A stretch of 64,000 nt of DNA from Blastocladiella emersonii ATCC 22665 (Eukaryota > Fungi > Blastocladiomycota). This document shows positions 48,672 to 60,075 of this stretch, piece after piece. The notes beneath the pieces were generated by a model that was given only the letters and a program-made list of their open reading frames with translations, searched no databases and was not told the origin of the DNA. Location of the stretch: NCBI GenBank assembly GCA_025594325.1, contig JANHCV010000005.1:1426001-1490000 (forward strand), read 5' to 3'. Position numbers and translations under genes: made by a program. Position 1 is the stretch's first letter; each line of letters starts with the position of its first letter.

Positions 48672-49418
48672 ATGGACTCCACTTTTCGCGAGTGTGCCGC
48701 GCACGGGCCGCCGGGCTACACGGCGCTGTCGCTGACGCACGTGCTGGTCCCCTCGGGCTCTGGGCTCGCGTACCTGGCGTCGTACCTGCTGGCGTACGCG
48801 ACGCTGCTGCCGCTGGCCATGGTCGTCTCCTACGCGACGCTGTGCGTGTCGCGGTGGCGGCAGAGCGTGTGGCGCATCATGTTCGCGGGCCAGCTCGCCA
48901 ACGAGGGGATCAACTTTGTCCTCAAGCGGTGGATCCGCGAGCACCGGCCGTCGCGTACGTCGTTAGGTCTTCAGATCAAGGATTATACTAACCCTGACCA
49001 TAGCGTGCCACGGCAAGGGCTACGGGATGCCGTCGAGCCACGCGCAGTTCATGGCGTACTTTGTCGCCTTCTCCCTGCTCCTGATCCGGCTCGAGCGCAA
49101 CCGCGTCCAGGCGACCCACCCGCTGTTGCAGCCCGCGCTGCAGGCCGCGATCGCAGGCGCGGCCGTGCTCGTCATCTACTCGCGGTACGCCCTCTCCCTG
49201 CCCTGTTGTGGTTCACAACTAATGACACGTCCCGCGCTTAGCGTGCACCTCGAGTACCACACGGTGGCGCAGGTACTCGCGGGCACCGCGATCGGGCTGG
49301 TGACGGGCACGCTGTGGTTCGTGGCAGCGTGCCCCGAGCTGCCGTTCGGCCCGCGGCGGCGGCCGGGCGAGGCGGGCGCGGTCGCGTCGGGGAAGCCCGA
49401 GGACAAGCAGGCGTAGTC
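48672..49418 (+). CDS. CAX4: Dolichyl-diphosphatase (PAP2 family, Cwh8/DOLPP1); 3 exons
   Basis: GQLANEGINFVLKRWIREHRPS, GYGMPSSHAQFMAYF, YSR|VHLEYHTVAQVLAG. Confidence 0.9.
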
Positions 49419-49523
49419 CCGCAAAAAAAACTATACCGTGTTGTTCCGCCAGTTGGGTACAAACACGCCGGCCGCGGCCGAGCCCGCTGAGACGGTCGTG
49501 GTTGCGGTTGCTGGGCCCGAGTC

Positions 49524-50137
49524 CTACAGCCACTTGTCAGCGCTACGGATCGCCGTATGTAAACGAAGAGACGTACCGCGGTCGGTATCCGCAACCTCGG
49601 CCCCCGTCTCAGCGTCGCCATGATACAGCTTGCCGGGTCGCCGAACCCCTCGTCCATGGCCATCGTGTTCAAGTCCGCGAGCACCGCGAGCCCGCGGTCG
49701 GCAGCCAGCGCGATCACCGTCACGGCGCACGCGAGCCATGGTTCGAGGGTGATCACGGTCACTTCGGCGTACGTTTGCAGCGAGCGCTCGAGCCAGTCTA
49801 GGGTTTGGCTAGGGGTCAGCGGTGCAGGATGGTGCGAGCGAGGGTGAAGGAACGGACCCAGCACGAGCGGGAACGGGTCCGGCTGCCCCGGCACGTCGCG
49901 CAGCTGGTCCGAGTTGAGCGTCAGGAACGACGCCGCGGGCCACCCGCCTGCGGCTGCGGGTGCCGCTGGAGCAGCCGCCGGAGATGGTTGAGAAGCAGGC
50001 GCGGCATTGGACCGCTTCCGCGACCGTTGCGGCGGCGGCGGGGCACCGCCCTCCTTGCGCTCGCGGGTAGACGGCCGCGGCGGCTGCCCGCTCGACTTGG
50101 GCCCCTTTGTGGACGGCGCGGACGGCGGACGTTGCAT
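49524..50137 (-). CDS. Hypothetical protein (probably 3 exons), divergent from YPP1
   Basis: ATG at 50137, open frame with canonical-looking introns; no family recognised. Confidence 0.4.
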
Positions 50138-50362
50138 CAGGTTACGTTGCTCTGATCGGTGCCGATCGTGCGGGGAGGAGGAGGTGCGGCGCAACGCGGG
50201 TCGCGCAAGGGTCAGGTGAGCGTCGCGCGGCGGTCGACGTCTCCTTCCGGGGGAGAGTGTGGCGAAGCTTCCTTCGGAACGCCTGATCCGGTCCTCCCTC
50301 TCTCCCTCAAGGCTCGCCCACTCGCGAGCCAGCGCATGTAACTACACTAAACCCCACCGCAA

Positions 50363-53300
50363 ATGAGCGGCGACACTTCCGGCAGCACGGCGAGCGGGTC
50401 CGCCGCCAAGCTCGCGCGGCTCGAGGTCGACATTGGCGCGGCGCGGCTGCGCGGCGACTACGCCGTGGCGCTGCCGGCGCTCCTCAAGAAGTGGCGCAAG
50501 CGCATGGCCACGCAGTCGACTATCCTCGAGGACGTGGTCCAGGCCGAGGCGTGCCTGCACGCCCGCGGGCCCGCCGCGTGGACGTGGGCGCCCGTGCCGT
50601 CGCCCGACGCGGGCGGTGCGCCTGATCCGCACCCTCCGACGACCGCCAAGTCGGCGGTTGCGCCGGAGGCCGCGACGCGTCTCCTCGCCGACGCCGCCGC
50701 CGCCGTCACGCGCGCGTACGCGACGCTGCTCGAGAACCACCGGCTGCAGCCCATGTCGCCGGCCTCCGGCACCGCGCAGTCCCCCGAATGCGCCGACCTC
50801 CCGCGCCCGCCCGCCTCGCTCGACGGCGTGCGCGCGCTGCTGTCGACGTCGCAGCTGTACCTCGAGATCCTGACCCTCAAAGCGCAAATCCTGCACCACC
50901 GCGGCGCGCACGCCGCGTGCCTCGCGGTCCTGACGACGGAACTCGACCTGCCGCCCGCTGCGCCCGCGGGACTCCAGGTCCGCGGCATCGGGCTCGTGTA
51001 CCTCGCGAAAGCGCTCGTCATGAAGGTCGACTGCCTGCACGCGCGCGGCGACGAGACCGCGCGGCGCGAGGCTGACGAGACGCTCCGGTTCCTACTCCAC
51101 TACTTCCCGTCGGCCGCTGACACGGACATGTTCGCCGCGGGCGAGGTCCCGATGCCCGTGTCCGGGCCCGCGGTCCCGTTCGCCACGCCCGTCCCGGCCG
51201 CGGTGTTCGAGTCGGCCCATATGGCGCCTGTCCTCGAGCACGGCCTGTTCTTGGGCGGGATGCGCTGGATCCATGGGTGGATGAGCCGCATCGTGTCCGA
51301 CCTCCGCGCTGCGGGCGGTGGCGATCGGGTTTACGCGGGCTCGCCCGGTCCCCTCGACGACGGGTCTATCAGCGCGACCGCGTCCAGCAGCATGGTCGGC
51401 CAGAACCCGCCGCTCGCCGAGTCCTCGGCCGCGTCAATCTCGTCGTTCCCGACGCTCCCCGCCGCCCTCGCCAACGCCGTCGTTCTCTCAACCACCCCGC
51501 CCGACTCCGATTTCCTCGCGTCGCTCCCGTTCCCGGTCCTGACGTACCAAGCGCTCGACTTCGTGCGCGCGTATTTCGGGTACACCCCGCGCGCCTCCGC
51601 CGGCTCGACCGCCGTGTTCGCGCAGTGGGCCGTCCGTTTTCTCGTGCTTTGGTCGCACATCGTGGTGCAGGTCGGCGGCACGCCCAACGCGGGCCCGATC
51701 CCGGACACGCTGTACGTCGACTACGCGCCGGCCCCGCCGGCGCCCGTGGTGTGGGGCAGCGGGTGGAAGGCCGAGTCGATCCACGACGAGCTCGAGGGTC
51801 TGTTCCGCGCGTGGTTCCGCGCGAATGCGACGATGGTGCCGTTCCCGACGGCGAATGAGGTCGGAAACCCGCCGTCGATGGCGAATAAGTTGATGGAGGA
51901 GCTCGCGGCGACGTTGCAGTGGAGCGATGGGTTGCTCGGGATCAAGGCGTTTTCGATCCAGGTACGCTTCGCCCTTTTCCGCGCTCTCCCTTCCGACGCT
52001 CACTCTTTGCTCGCGTAGATGCTCGAGACCACGATCCGGCACACGTTCCACTCGCTCCTGTGCCACCGCGTCCTCGCCGCGACCCACTTCCGCGTCGGCA
52101 ACACGGCCGAGGGCCTGACGCTCCTGCGCCGGCAGATGGAGCTCGCGCGTGCGAGCCGCCGCGGCGCCGAGGCCGCCGCGTACCCGCCAACCCTCTACCC
52201 GGCGACCCAGGCCGCGCTCGTCCAGCTGTACGACGCCATGGGCCTCCCGCGCGAGTCCATGTTCGTCGTCCGCGACGACGCCGCCGACGAGTTTGCGAAT
52301 TTGCTCGTCGAGGGGAGTATGCGGCTCGCTGAGGTGGGCGAGTTGGACGACGCGGTCGAGATTGCCCGGTTCGCACACGCCATGGTTGAGGGTGGTAGCG
52401 GTGTGAACCGGCCGAGCCAGGCCGTCGTGTGTGCGATCCTCGATAACCTCGCGACTGTGCTCGGCGTGTCGGCGCTCTCGAGTACGTTTTCTCGCCGCGC
52501 AACGCAACGACGCGACACTCACACGCTTCGCCATGTGTAGCCTTCGACTACGCCAAGCGCGACGCGCAGCAGACCGAAGCCATCGCGCTGCTCACCCACT
52601 CGCTCTCCCTCTCCCCGACCTCGCCGCGCGCACACTTCCAGCTCGCTCTGCTGCACGCTGACCGCGGCCACCTCGGTCCCGCGAAAGCGCACGTCAAGCA
52701 GACGCTCAAGGCGAACAAGGCGCACGTGGCCGCGTGGCAGCTCCTGGTCCTGATCCTGACGGCGTCGCGCGACCTCGACGGCGCCGCGAAACTCGCCGAG
52801 CTCGGCGTCCGCGAATCCATCGCCGCCCTCGTCCCGCCCACGCCCACCAACGCGGGCGTCGCTAAGGCCAACACGTTCGAGGGCCTCGCGGCCCTCGCAC
52901 GCGACCAGCGGCTCAATGGGACTTGGGCCCCCGCCGAGTACGACCAGGTCGTCGCGGCGATTTTTGACCTGCGGCTCACCCAGGCCCGGATCGTCGAGCA
53001 GGTCCGCGGCGCCGACGCCGCCATCGCGCTGGTTCAGGAACTGTTCCGCTGGTACCGCGTCGTCTTCGACTCGGACGTCGGGCACGCGGGCGTCGCCGAG
53101 GCCGCGGCGGCGGCGGCAGCGTCCGCGACCGTCGGCGCGCGGCCCGGGACCAGCAATACGCTCAGCGTCGCGACCGCCACGGGTGACGACGCGACGCGCG
53201 CGCGGTCCGAGTCGGTCCGGTCCACGGTCTCGGCGTGGTCCATGTCGGCCGCCGCCGCGGCGGCAGCCGGCGGGAGTGGTGGGCCCGCGGCCCCGCTCAT

Positions 53301-54078
53301 GCTCCGGCTCAAGCGCGGGCGCAAGCGCACCATGCTCACGGCCGCGCTCGCCAACAGCTCGGGCGGCGGCGGCAGCAACCCCAACAGCGTCAACGGCAGC
53401 GTCGCGGACCCCGACGAGCTCGGCGCGTCGCCAACGAGCCGCCGCAGCACCGAGTCGGCCGCCACCACCAACCCGGCGGGGCTCGGCGACCGCCCGCGCG
53501 TCGCGTCGATCGCGTCCGTCGCGTCGCTCGCGGCCTCGGACGCCGACTCTCTCCACAGCACCTCCGCGTCCGCGGCCGCCGCGAACCTGTCCCCGCGCCG
53601 CGCCGAGGTCCAGGCGAAACTGTGGCTGCGGCTCGCGCACGTGCTGCACGCCGCGGGGCAGTCGGGCGAGGCGCGCAACGTGGTGCGCGAGGCCGCCCTG
53701 CTGCGCACGGGGAACGCGGATCTCGCGGCCGAACTCGCGGCGCTGCACTACGCGCTGGGCGACGCCGACGCGGCCGTCGCGGCCTGGCACACGCTCCTCG
53801 CGGCGGACCCGCACCATCTCGGCGCGCTCATCGGGCTCGCCCGCGCGCAGCTGGATGCGGGGCACTTGGCGGACGCGGAGGTGCTCCTGGATGACGTGAC
53901 GCGGCACGCCGGACGCAACGATACCGACGCGTGGTACCTGTACGGGCGCGTGTGCAAGGCGCAGCGCCAGCCGAAGCGCGCGCTCGCGTGCTTCCGCGCC
54001 GCGCTCGAGCTCGAGCGCGCCGAGCCGATTGCACGGTTCGCGGACGTACCGCGGTTGAGTCTCGTGGCGCTGTTGTGA
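50363..54078 (+). CDS. YPP1: Ypp1/TTC7-like TPR scaffold of the PI4-kinase IIIalpha complex; 3 or more exons
   Basis: ALSPTSPRAHFQLALLHAD..., AAWQLLVLILTASRDLDGA, C-terminal TPRs (AWYLYGRVCKAQ...ALELERAEPI). Confidence 0.75.
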
Positions 54079-54536
54079 GTAGACGAGTAGACGCGGGCGC
54101 GAGATGTGTCCCTAATACATGGTTTGAGTTCTTGGTTGTTTGTCCCGGGCCGAAAGAACAAGTTTACAAGATGGAAACTCAGCAAACTATGAAGATGGGA
54201 CAACAGTATGACGACCCCCACGCGCAAACAGGCGGTCGACCGACCATGGCAGCGAGAGGTCTCGCCTGGGCGAGTTCCCCGCGCGGCGCGGCCAGTGGCT
54301 CAGCTTCGGCGGAGCCGCAGTGAGTCGCCGCCGTCGCGTCGCACAGGCCCAGCAACCAGGCGGGCAGGCGATCCCCTCACCAGGCTGACAGGTACCGGGC
54401 CGAGATGCGAGGGTGTGTGATCAGAAGCGGCGCTGGGCGTTGCGCCGCTGCCGCCGCCACCGCCACGTCGTCGCCACAGCTTCCTCGACGAACGAGCCGT
54501 GACGCCGTTTGCGCTCTCCCACCGTAACACAGAACG

Positions 54537-54815
54537 ATGGTCGAGTCGAGCGAAATGGGCCCGGGCTTCTCGCTCGAGGCCCCCTTCTATCTCTCGGATC
54601 CGAGGTGGTGCGCAGCCGAACACAACCAGTTGTACCGCTACTACATCAAGCGCGGCACGCTCGTCGCATGCGACGCGGCCGGCAACGAGACTGACCCGAT
54701 CCTGCGCGTTCGCAGCCTCGCGTTCGCACGCGCCGTCACTACGCGCGAGGCGACGTGGCAAGAGGAGTACGCACGCCAGCGCCGAGGCGGTGCATTGGAT
54801 GCAAGCCGCTGCTGA
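54537..54815 (+). pseudogene. Truncated paralog of the LOR/Tubby-C-like gene at 58371-59096
   Basis: PGFSLEAPFYLSDPRWCAAEHNQLYRYYIKRGTLVACDAAGNETDPIL aligns with PGFPDDALFFLTEPSRCTAKHMAKYRYYYKRHTFVALNDDGTESEPIF, then diverges and stops. Confidence 0.7.
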
Positions 54816-55451
54816 TGTGTAGCGTGAGTTGGCAGCTGCGCGCGGCAGAGCGAAGGCGCGGTGATGCGCGTGGCCGCGGACGGGATCCAGGTGGTGGAGC
54901 GCGTGGCTGCGGACTGAATCCAGGCGGTGACGCGCGCGGCCGCGCACGAAATCCAGGCGGTTACGCGCGCGTGGTCGCCAAGCGCAAGGCAGACTATTAG
55001 GCGTCTGTCGAGGGAGGAGCAGGCGCTGCGTTTCGGCAAGGCGGTGGAGTGGATGCACTCATTTTTGCGTTCGCACAGCGTGAGGTGGCGGCGATGGCGA
55101 TGGCCGGGAACCACATGTATGAGAGAAGAGTAGGTTCAGCGCAGACATGAGCATACCAGGGGGTGCTTGGGTCGTCGTTTTTGAGCGCGAATGCACGATC
55201 CCAGTTTACGCGAGCGAAGAACGGAGTGCGGGGCGCAGCGAGTTGACAAAGCTGGCGGAATAGTAACACCTGAGATTCCAGGCCCTCGTGCGACGCACAC
55301 GATGGCGACGGGCCGGGAGCGATGGCTGACACGGTTTGAAGGGAGGCAAACAAGGGCGGCGGTCGAAAACCGTGACCGCGGAAGTCTGCGGCATTTGCAT
55401 TGAGAGAATAATCAGAGAACGGACCCGGACAAACAACACAAACACACGCAG

Positions 55452-55906
55452 TTCGCCGTGTCGGCGTGGCCGTGTCCAAGTGGTACTCGCGCCGGTACCT
55501 CGCCGAGACGATCCGGTGCTGGCACCGCGTGGTCCGCGCCGAGGTCGTCGACGACGAGGACGCGCGGCTCGTCGACGGCCGCCAGTCCCCGATGCAGACG
55601 CGCGAGTCGTCGGTCGCTAACTCGGCCGCGGGCGGGCCCGCGGGGCTCGTCGTCGACGTGACGTGGACGACTTCGGCGTCGACGGGGATCGGACTGGTTA
55701 GCAACGCGGCGGTCGACGGGAACGGCGCCACGACGACGGGTAACCAGAACTTGTCGGTGCACGGCGCCACGACCCCGCAGCGCCGGCTCAGCGTCGATGG
55801 CAACTCGAACCTCAAGGAGATGGCGCGGCTCCGCCGGCCGAGCGCGGCGCCTTCGATCCTCGAGCACACGCACTTCGCCGTGTCGTACGCTAGTTCACCC
55901 AGCTGA
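55452..55906 (+). pseudogene. Orphan coding-like exon ending in the Harbinger left end
   Basis: Follows a CAG acceptor; strong GC3 bias (AVSKWYSRRYLAETIRCWHRVVRAEVVDDED...); its stop lies inside the TIR remnant; no upstream exons found. Confidence 0.35.
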
Positions 55907-56122
55907 AACGTGGCATTTTCACCCCGTCGCGTTCATCGCGGCTTTGTCGACCTCCGGATGAGCTGAATGGAACCTTCGTCGCTGAATCGCCCGTCTGCTC
56001 GCCCCCGAAACCTTCAGGCTGTGCTTCCCGGCCTATATAAACGCTGTTTTCCTTCGCGGGGCAGCTCGACCGCCACCGGCGAGTACTCCCGCCTCCAGCA
56101 GGACGGCAAGGAGTCTGGTGAC

Positions 56123-56434
56123 ATGGAAGGTGTCGATGATCAAAACGACGCGGCCCCCGCCAGCAAGCGCAGCCGCACTTCGGACAGCAGCTCGCGTCGC
56201 CTCTCGGACTCGGAGTTCCTTTTGGGCATGAAGGAGGTTATCCAGAGCGTCTCGACCGCCGATTCCAAGCCCGTTCTGACCGCCGCACTTGAGTGGGTCC
56301 AGGACGCGTACAACAACGACAATGAAGAGGACCAGATCGACGTCGCCACCCGCCTGGCCGAGGATCAAGCGCTTCGCGTCATGGCCGTTTCCGGACCGAA
56401 GCGCAAGCGCGTCCTCGAGTTTTTCATTCAGTAG
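56123..56434 (+). CDS. Harbinger second-ORF remnant (no Myb/SANT domain visible)
   Basis: Convergent with the transposase, preceded by TATATAAA (56034-56041); helical C-terminus (LTAALEWVQDAY...DVATRLA...KRKRVLEFF). Confidence 0.45.
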   Translation: MEGVDDQNDAAPASKRSRTSDSSSRRLSDSEFLLGMKEVIQSVSTADSKPVLTAALEWVQDAYNNDNEEDQIDVATRLAEDQALRVMAVSGPKRKRVLEFFIQ

Positions 56435-56746
56435 CTCTCTCGCACATGTCCCCCTCCCTCGCGTTGCTTCCTGGCCTTGTTCTCGCCCATTTGTGTCCAA
56501 TACATCTGGCTTTGTGTCCATCGTATCTTCAATCGTTACCCTTCGCTCGAAAATGACGCGACTCGTTGAGAAACGCGTGGTTCGCAAAGTGTCTCACACG
56601 TCACGTGATTGATCGACGCGTCTCCACCGATGCGTTCTGACCTCAGCGACGCGTCAAATCATCTAGAATCGCTTATATAACATTATAGTACTTGACAAAT
56701 CAGTATATTACAGCATGCATGCGGGTACAACAATTATTTCGCGCCT

Positions 56747-58061
56747 TCAAAGACGGGTCCCACGAGCGGCCATGACGCGCCTGTACTCGGTCCAAAGAAC
56801 ATTTGCGATGCGGTTCCGAAGCGAGATACCGCGCTGACGAGCTCCGTCCAGCGAGGCCTCGAGGACAGCGGCCTCGTCGTCCTCCTCGTTCTCGTCGTTC
56901 AGGGGCTCGCGCCCACGCACACGCGCCTCACGCGCCGCGTCCCGCGCGCGCCGGAGCTCCGTCTCGGCGTCGCGAAAGAAGGCGTCGCCGCCTTGGTTCC
57001 ACTTGTTGATCATGTTGTGCAGCGTGCAGAGCGCGTACACAAGCTTGACTTGAGTCTTGATTGGGTAGGCCGCGCCAATCGAGAGGACGCGGAACCGCTT
57101 CTTGAGCACGCCAAAGATACGCTCAACAGAGTTGCGGAGCGACGCGTGACGCAGATTGAAAAGCTCCTTGCGGTTCTTAACTCTACGTACGTTGGTGAAG
57201 CGGATGAGATGGCGCCAACGTGATGGTCATGGCAGTGAGAACGTACCCATCCTTGCCGCGGGCAAACTCGCGAAGATGATAGCGAGTACCGCGAAAGGGC
57301 ACGATGATGGACGTGCGGTTTGCGTAGCCGCCGTCGGCGAGGTAGAAGCGGCCAGCGTGGATCTTGAACCCACGGGCGAAGGCGTCCGAGAGCACGCGCG
57401 AGTCGTGCGCCTTGCCCTCCCACCCTGCGGGAACGTAGGTGAAGTTCAAGTCACAGTCGCAGGCAGCGAGGACATTTGAGGAGATGGTCCCCTTGCGGTT
57501 TCGGAACGAGTCGTGAAGCTTAGCGGGCACAAACGGGATGTGCGTTCCGTCAAGCGCGCCGACCGCGTTCTAGAATGGAGCGTAATTCGGGTCGTGGGCG
57601 ATGCGCTCATGCACGGGCGTAGAATCGGACGGCTGGACAATGAACTCGGGCATCAGGCGGTACAGAGCGTCGAGCACCTGCTTCAGAACCCTGGACGCGG
57701 TCTCGCCAGAGATTTGGAACCGCTCCCTGAGGTTGCGGTTGGTGCTGCCCTTGCCGGCCATGACAAGAAAAACCATGAAGCGCGCCTCGACGGACAGCTC
57801 GCGGCCGTCGGCGGGAAGGCCACGGTCGCGGAACAGGCGGCAGATGGCCTTGAAGGTCTCGCGGGGCATACGGGCGATTTCCGAAAAACGCGTTTCGCTG
57901 TTGCACGTCAGCAGCTCTTGAACCCACGACTCGCCGGAAAGCGTGGACGTGCGGATAGGCTCCCACGAGCGGCGCTCGATGCGAGCAGCGAGTTGTCGCA
58001 GGAGAGCGAGGGCGGCCGTGAGCATTAGGCCGCGCAGCTTGCGGTTGTATCCCTTTCCCAT
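56747..58061 (-). pseudogene. Harbinger (DDE_Tnp_4-like) transposase with one premature TAG (57570-57572) and one intron (about 57183-57246)
   Basis: RFQISGETASR, F*NAVGALDGTHIP, NVLAACDCDLNFTYVPAGWEGKAHDSRVL, YLADGGY, RYHLREF, KELFNLRHASLRNSVERIFGVLKKRF, CTLHN. Confidence 0.92.
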
Positions 58062-58154
58062 GTTGTTCGAGGGCTCGAGAACACGATGCGTGAGGTTAGG
58101 TGTTGATTCGTTGCAATAATTGCGGCTGCAAAGAGGTGGGAAAGATTTTATTGC

Positions 58155-58171
58155 GGGGGGGGGGGGGGGGG
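58155..58171 (+). repeat. G17 homopolymer in the Harbinger subterminal region
   Basis: Read directly. Confidence 0.9.
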
Positions 58172-58370
58172 CGTTCATCCAGCGGGGCATTTGGTTCGCA
58201 CGGCCGCTGAGATGAACGGGGTGAGGTGAAACGTGGCAACTTTTTCAGCTGATCCACCTGATCTGAACCAAACGGGCCCTTTAGAACAATCTCCATTTAA
58301 TCGTTCCGTGAAGCGCAAAGAGAAGCAACACTGCCAGGTTTCCATTCTATGCGGTCACTCGCAAACACGC

Positions 58371-59096
58371 TCACGCGGCAGCAATTCCCGCATTCACCCG
58401 CATCTCCTTGATGGCGGTGTACACCTCCTCGGCGAACATAGCGAACGCCATGACGGCCGCGAGATCGACGCCCTTGACGACGGTGATCGTGTACGCGTTC
58501 CGCTCGGCGTTGTTGCGGAACAGCGACTTGGACTCGCGGGTCGCCTTGGCGATGAGCTGGCCCTTGCCCTTGGTCGGGTGGCCCGCGTAGATCTCGATGT
58601 ACGACCACGTGTGCCACGCAGCCATGTAGACCAAGGGCGGGGTCCCGCAAATGTCGGGGACAACGGGCATGACGGGGTTTTCGAGGATCGCGCGCACCGT
58701 GGCGTCGTCGTGGTTCATCCTGCGGTCGGAAGTGGCGTGCACGAGCTGCTTGTCCTCGCCGTCCCACTCGCCGCGGTACACGTGGCCCTTGAGGTACGAG
58801 AAGGTGGTCGACTCCAGTTCGACAGTGAGCAGCGGCTCGCGCGTGGCCGCGTCGCGGATCACGTAGTAGTCGCTGAGCATCGCGAGTTTCTGGTTCTGGC
58901 GCACTGACATCTCGCACGTGTCGAAGATGGGCTCCGACTCGGTGCCGTCGTCATTCAGTGCGACGAACGTGTGCCGCTTGTAGTAGTAGCGGTACTTGGC
59001 CATGTGCTTGGCCGTGCACCGCGACGGCTCCGTGAGGAAGAACAGCGCGTCGTCGGGGAAGCCCGGGTGCGTCTCAACCGATGCAGTGGTGCCCAT
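58371..59096 (-). CDS. LURP-one-related (LOR/Tubby-C-like) protein, intronless
   Basis: YVIRDAATREPLLTVE, QLIAKATRE, NAYTITVVKGVDLAAVMAFAMFAEE; N-terminal MGTTAS. Confidence 0.7.
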   Translation of the reverse strand: MGTTASVETHPGFPDDALFFLTEPSRCTAKHMAKYRYYYKRHTFVALNDDGTESEPIFDTCEMSVRQNQKLAMLSDYYVIRDAATREPLLTVELESTTFSYLKGHVYRGEWDGEDKQLVHATSDRRMNHDDATVRAILENPVMPVVPDICGTPPLVYMAAWHTWSYIEIYAGHPTKGKGQLIAKATRESKSLFRNNAERNAYTITVVKGVDLAAVMAFAMFAEEVYTAIKEMRVNAGIAAA

Positions 59097-59519
59097 GGTA
59101 AGTTGCTGTGACGAGTCAAAAGCACGTCAGGTTCGTGGTCTTGGACGTGGTTCATTTATGTTGCATACTGTTACGTTGGTTGTTGACCTGGAAACTTTGT
59201 TCCGCTTGACGAGAGCGGTCGAGGAACGGAGCGCGACTCGCCCATGGGCGAAAGTCGCGGGTGTGGCGGACCGGGTGGCGACCTCGAGCCAGCCTGCCAG
59301 TCAGTCAGCGGCGTCTTTGTGCGGCGAACGGTGGCGGTGGCGGTGGCGGCGCCTGCAAGCTGGCCCACAGGTGCCGCGTGGCAGATCAGACATCCCATCA
59401 TACTCTCGCTTCGCGCCGAAAGTCGAAAGTCCAACAACGACGACAAAACCAACCAAACCGCGACTCGTGGGATTCGCCCTCACCCACGCATCGTCGCACA
59501 CTCGTGCACAACAGCAACA

Positions 59520-60075
59520 AACAGCAGCAGGCTCAACCACAGCGCATCCCCGCGTTCCTGCGCGATTGGCTCAGCTCTTTTAAGCTCCAACATAACACGC
59601 CATTGTGCGTTACTGCGGGGTGTGTCGAATGTGCGCGAGGCGCAGCCACAGCTCGGCCTGAACCTTGGCACGCCGCGGGGACAGGTTGGCGGTTGGCGAT
59701 TGCTGGAGAGGCGCTGTTGAGCGAGTCGGCATCCGAGACCGCAAGCGACGTGAGCGACGCGATCGATGCGACGCGCCTGCTCCCGCGGTGCCGCCGCCAA
59801 GCACTTCCGGGTCCTCGACGCTGCTGGCAGCACTGTTTACAGTTTAATTCCACCGCCAGAGCCGTTAGTGAGCGCGGCCGTAACCATTGCGCGGTTGCGT
59901 CTGCGTTTGCGCGGTCGCATAAGTGGACCATGTCACTAATTTCGGTGCCACGTCAGACCGTGGGCCGGTTAGTCAGCGGACTCGCTGCGGCGCGACGCGC
60001 GCGTCGCGCCAGGCATGAAACGGGCCCTCGATCTCAGTGTGGATCGACTCGGCCTTCCACCTTGCCTTCCACCCT
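59520..60075 (-). pseudogene. YPP1: Inverted, internally deleted copy of YPP1/TTC7
   Basis: Minus strand reads WKAESIHTEIEGPFHAW (cf. 51760), RVASIASLTSLAVSDADSLNS...NLSPRRAKVQAELWLRLAH (cf. 53497) and LELKRAEPIA (cf. 54005), in colinear order. Confidence 0.88.

Larger units (their letters stand above)
55890..58280 (-). mobile_element. PIF/Harbinger DNA transposon, defective
   Basis: Right end reads AGGGCCCGTTTGGTTCAGATC... on the minus strand, flanked by TTA (58281-58283). Degenerate left counterpart near 55890-55945 (gttca..cagctgaaacgtggcattttcacc..gttcatc.gcggc). Encodes a transposase and a convergent second ORF. Confidence 0.85.

Noticed and set aside
7401-56599. Recurrent AAAGTGTCTC(G/A)CAC at 7401, 7478 and 56586
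   Set aside because: Three occurrences with no consistent position relative to genes or element ends; cannot be separated from chance or old TE debris.
24987-57572. Internal stops in FAS (24987, 28624) and the transposase (57570) are all TAG, suggesting stop-codon reassignment or readthrough
   Set aside because: They replace different expected residues (Tyr vs Lys/Glu/Gln). Intact genes end in TAG (8000 ORF, SAS-4, CAX4, DUF4470), long core ORFs have no internal TAG, and FAS is also frameshifted and truncated.
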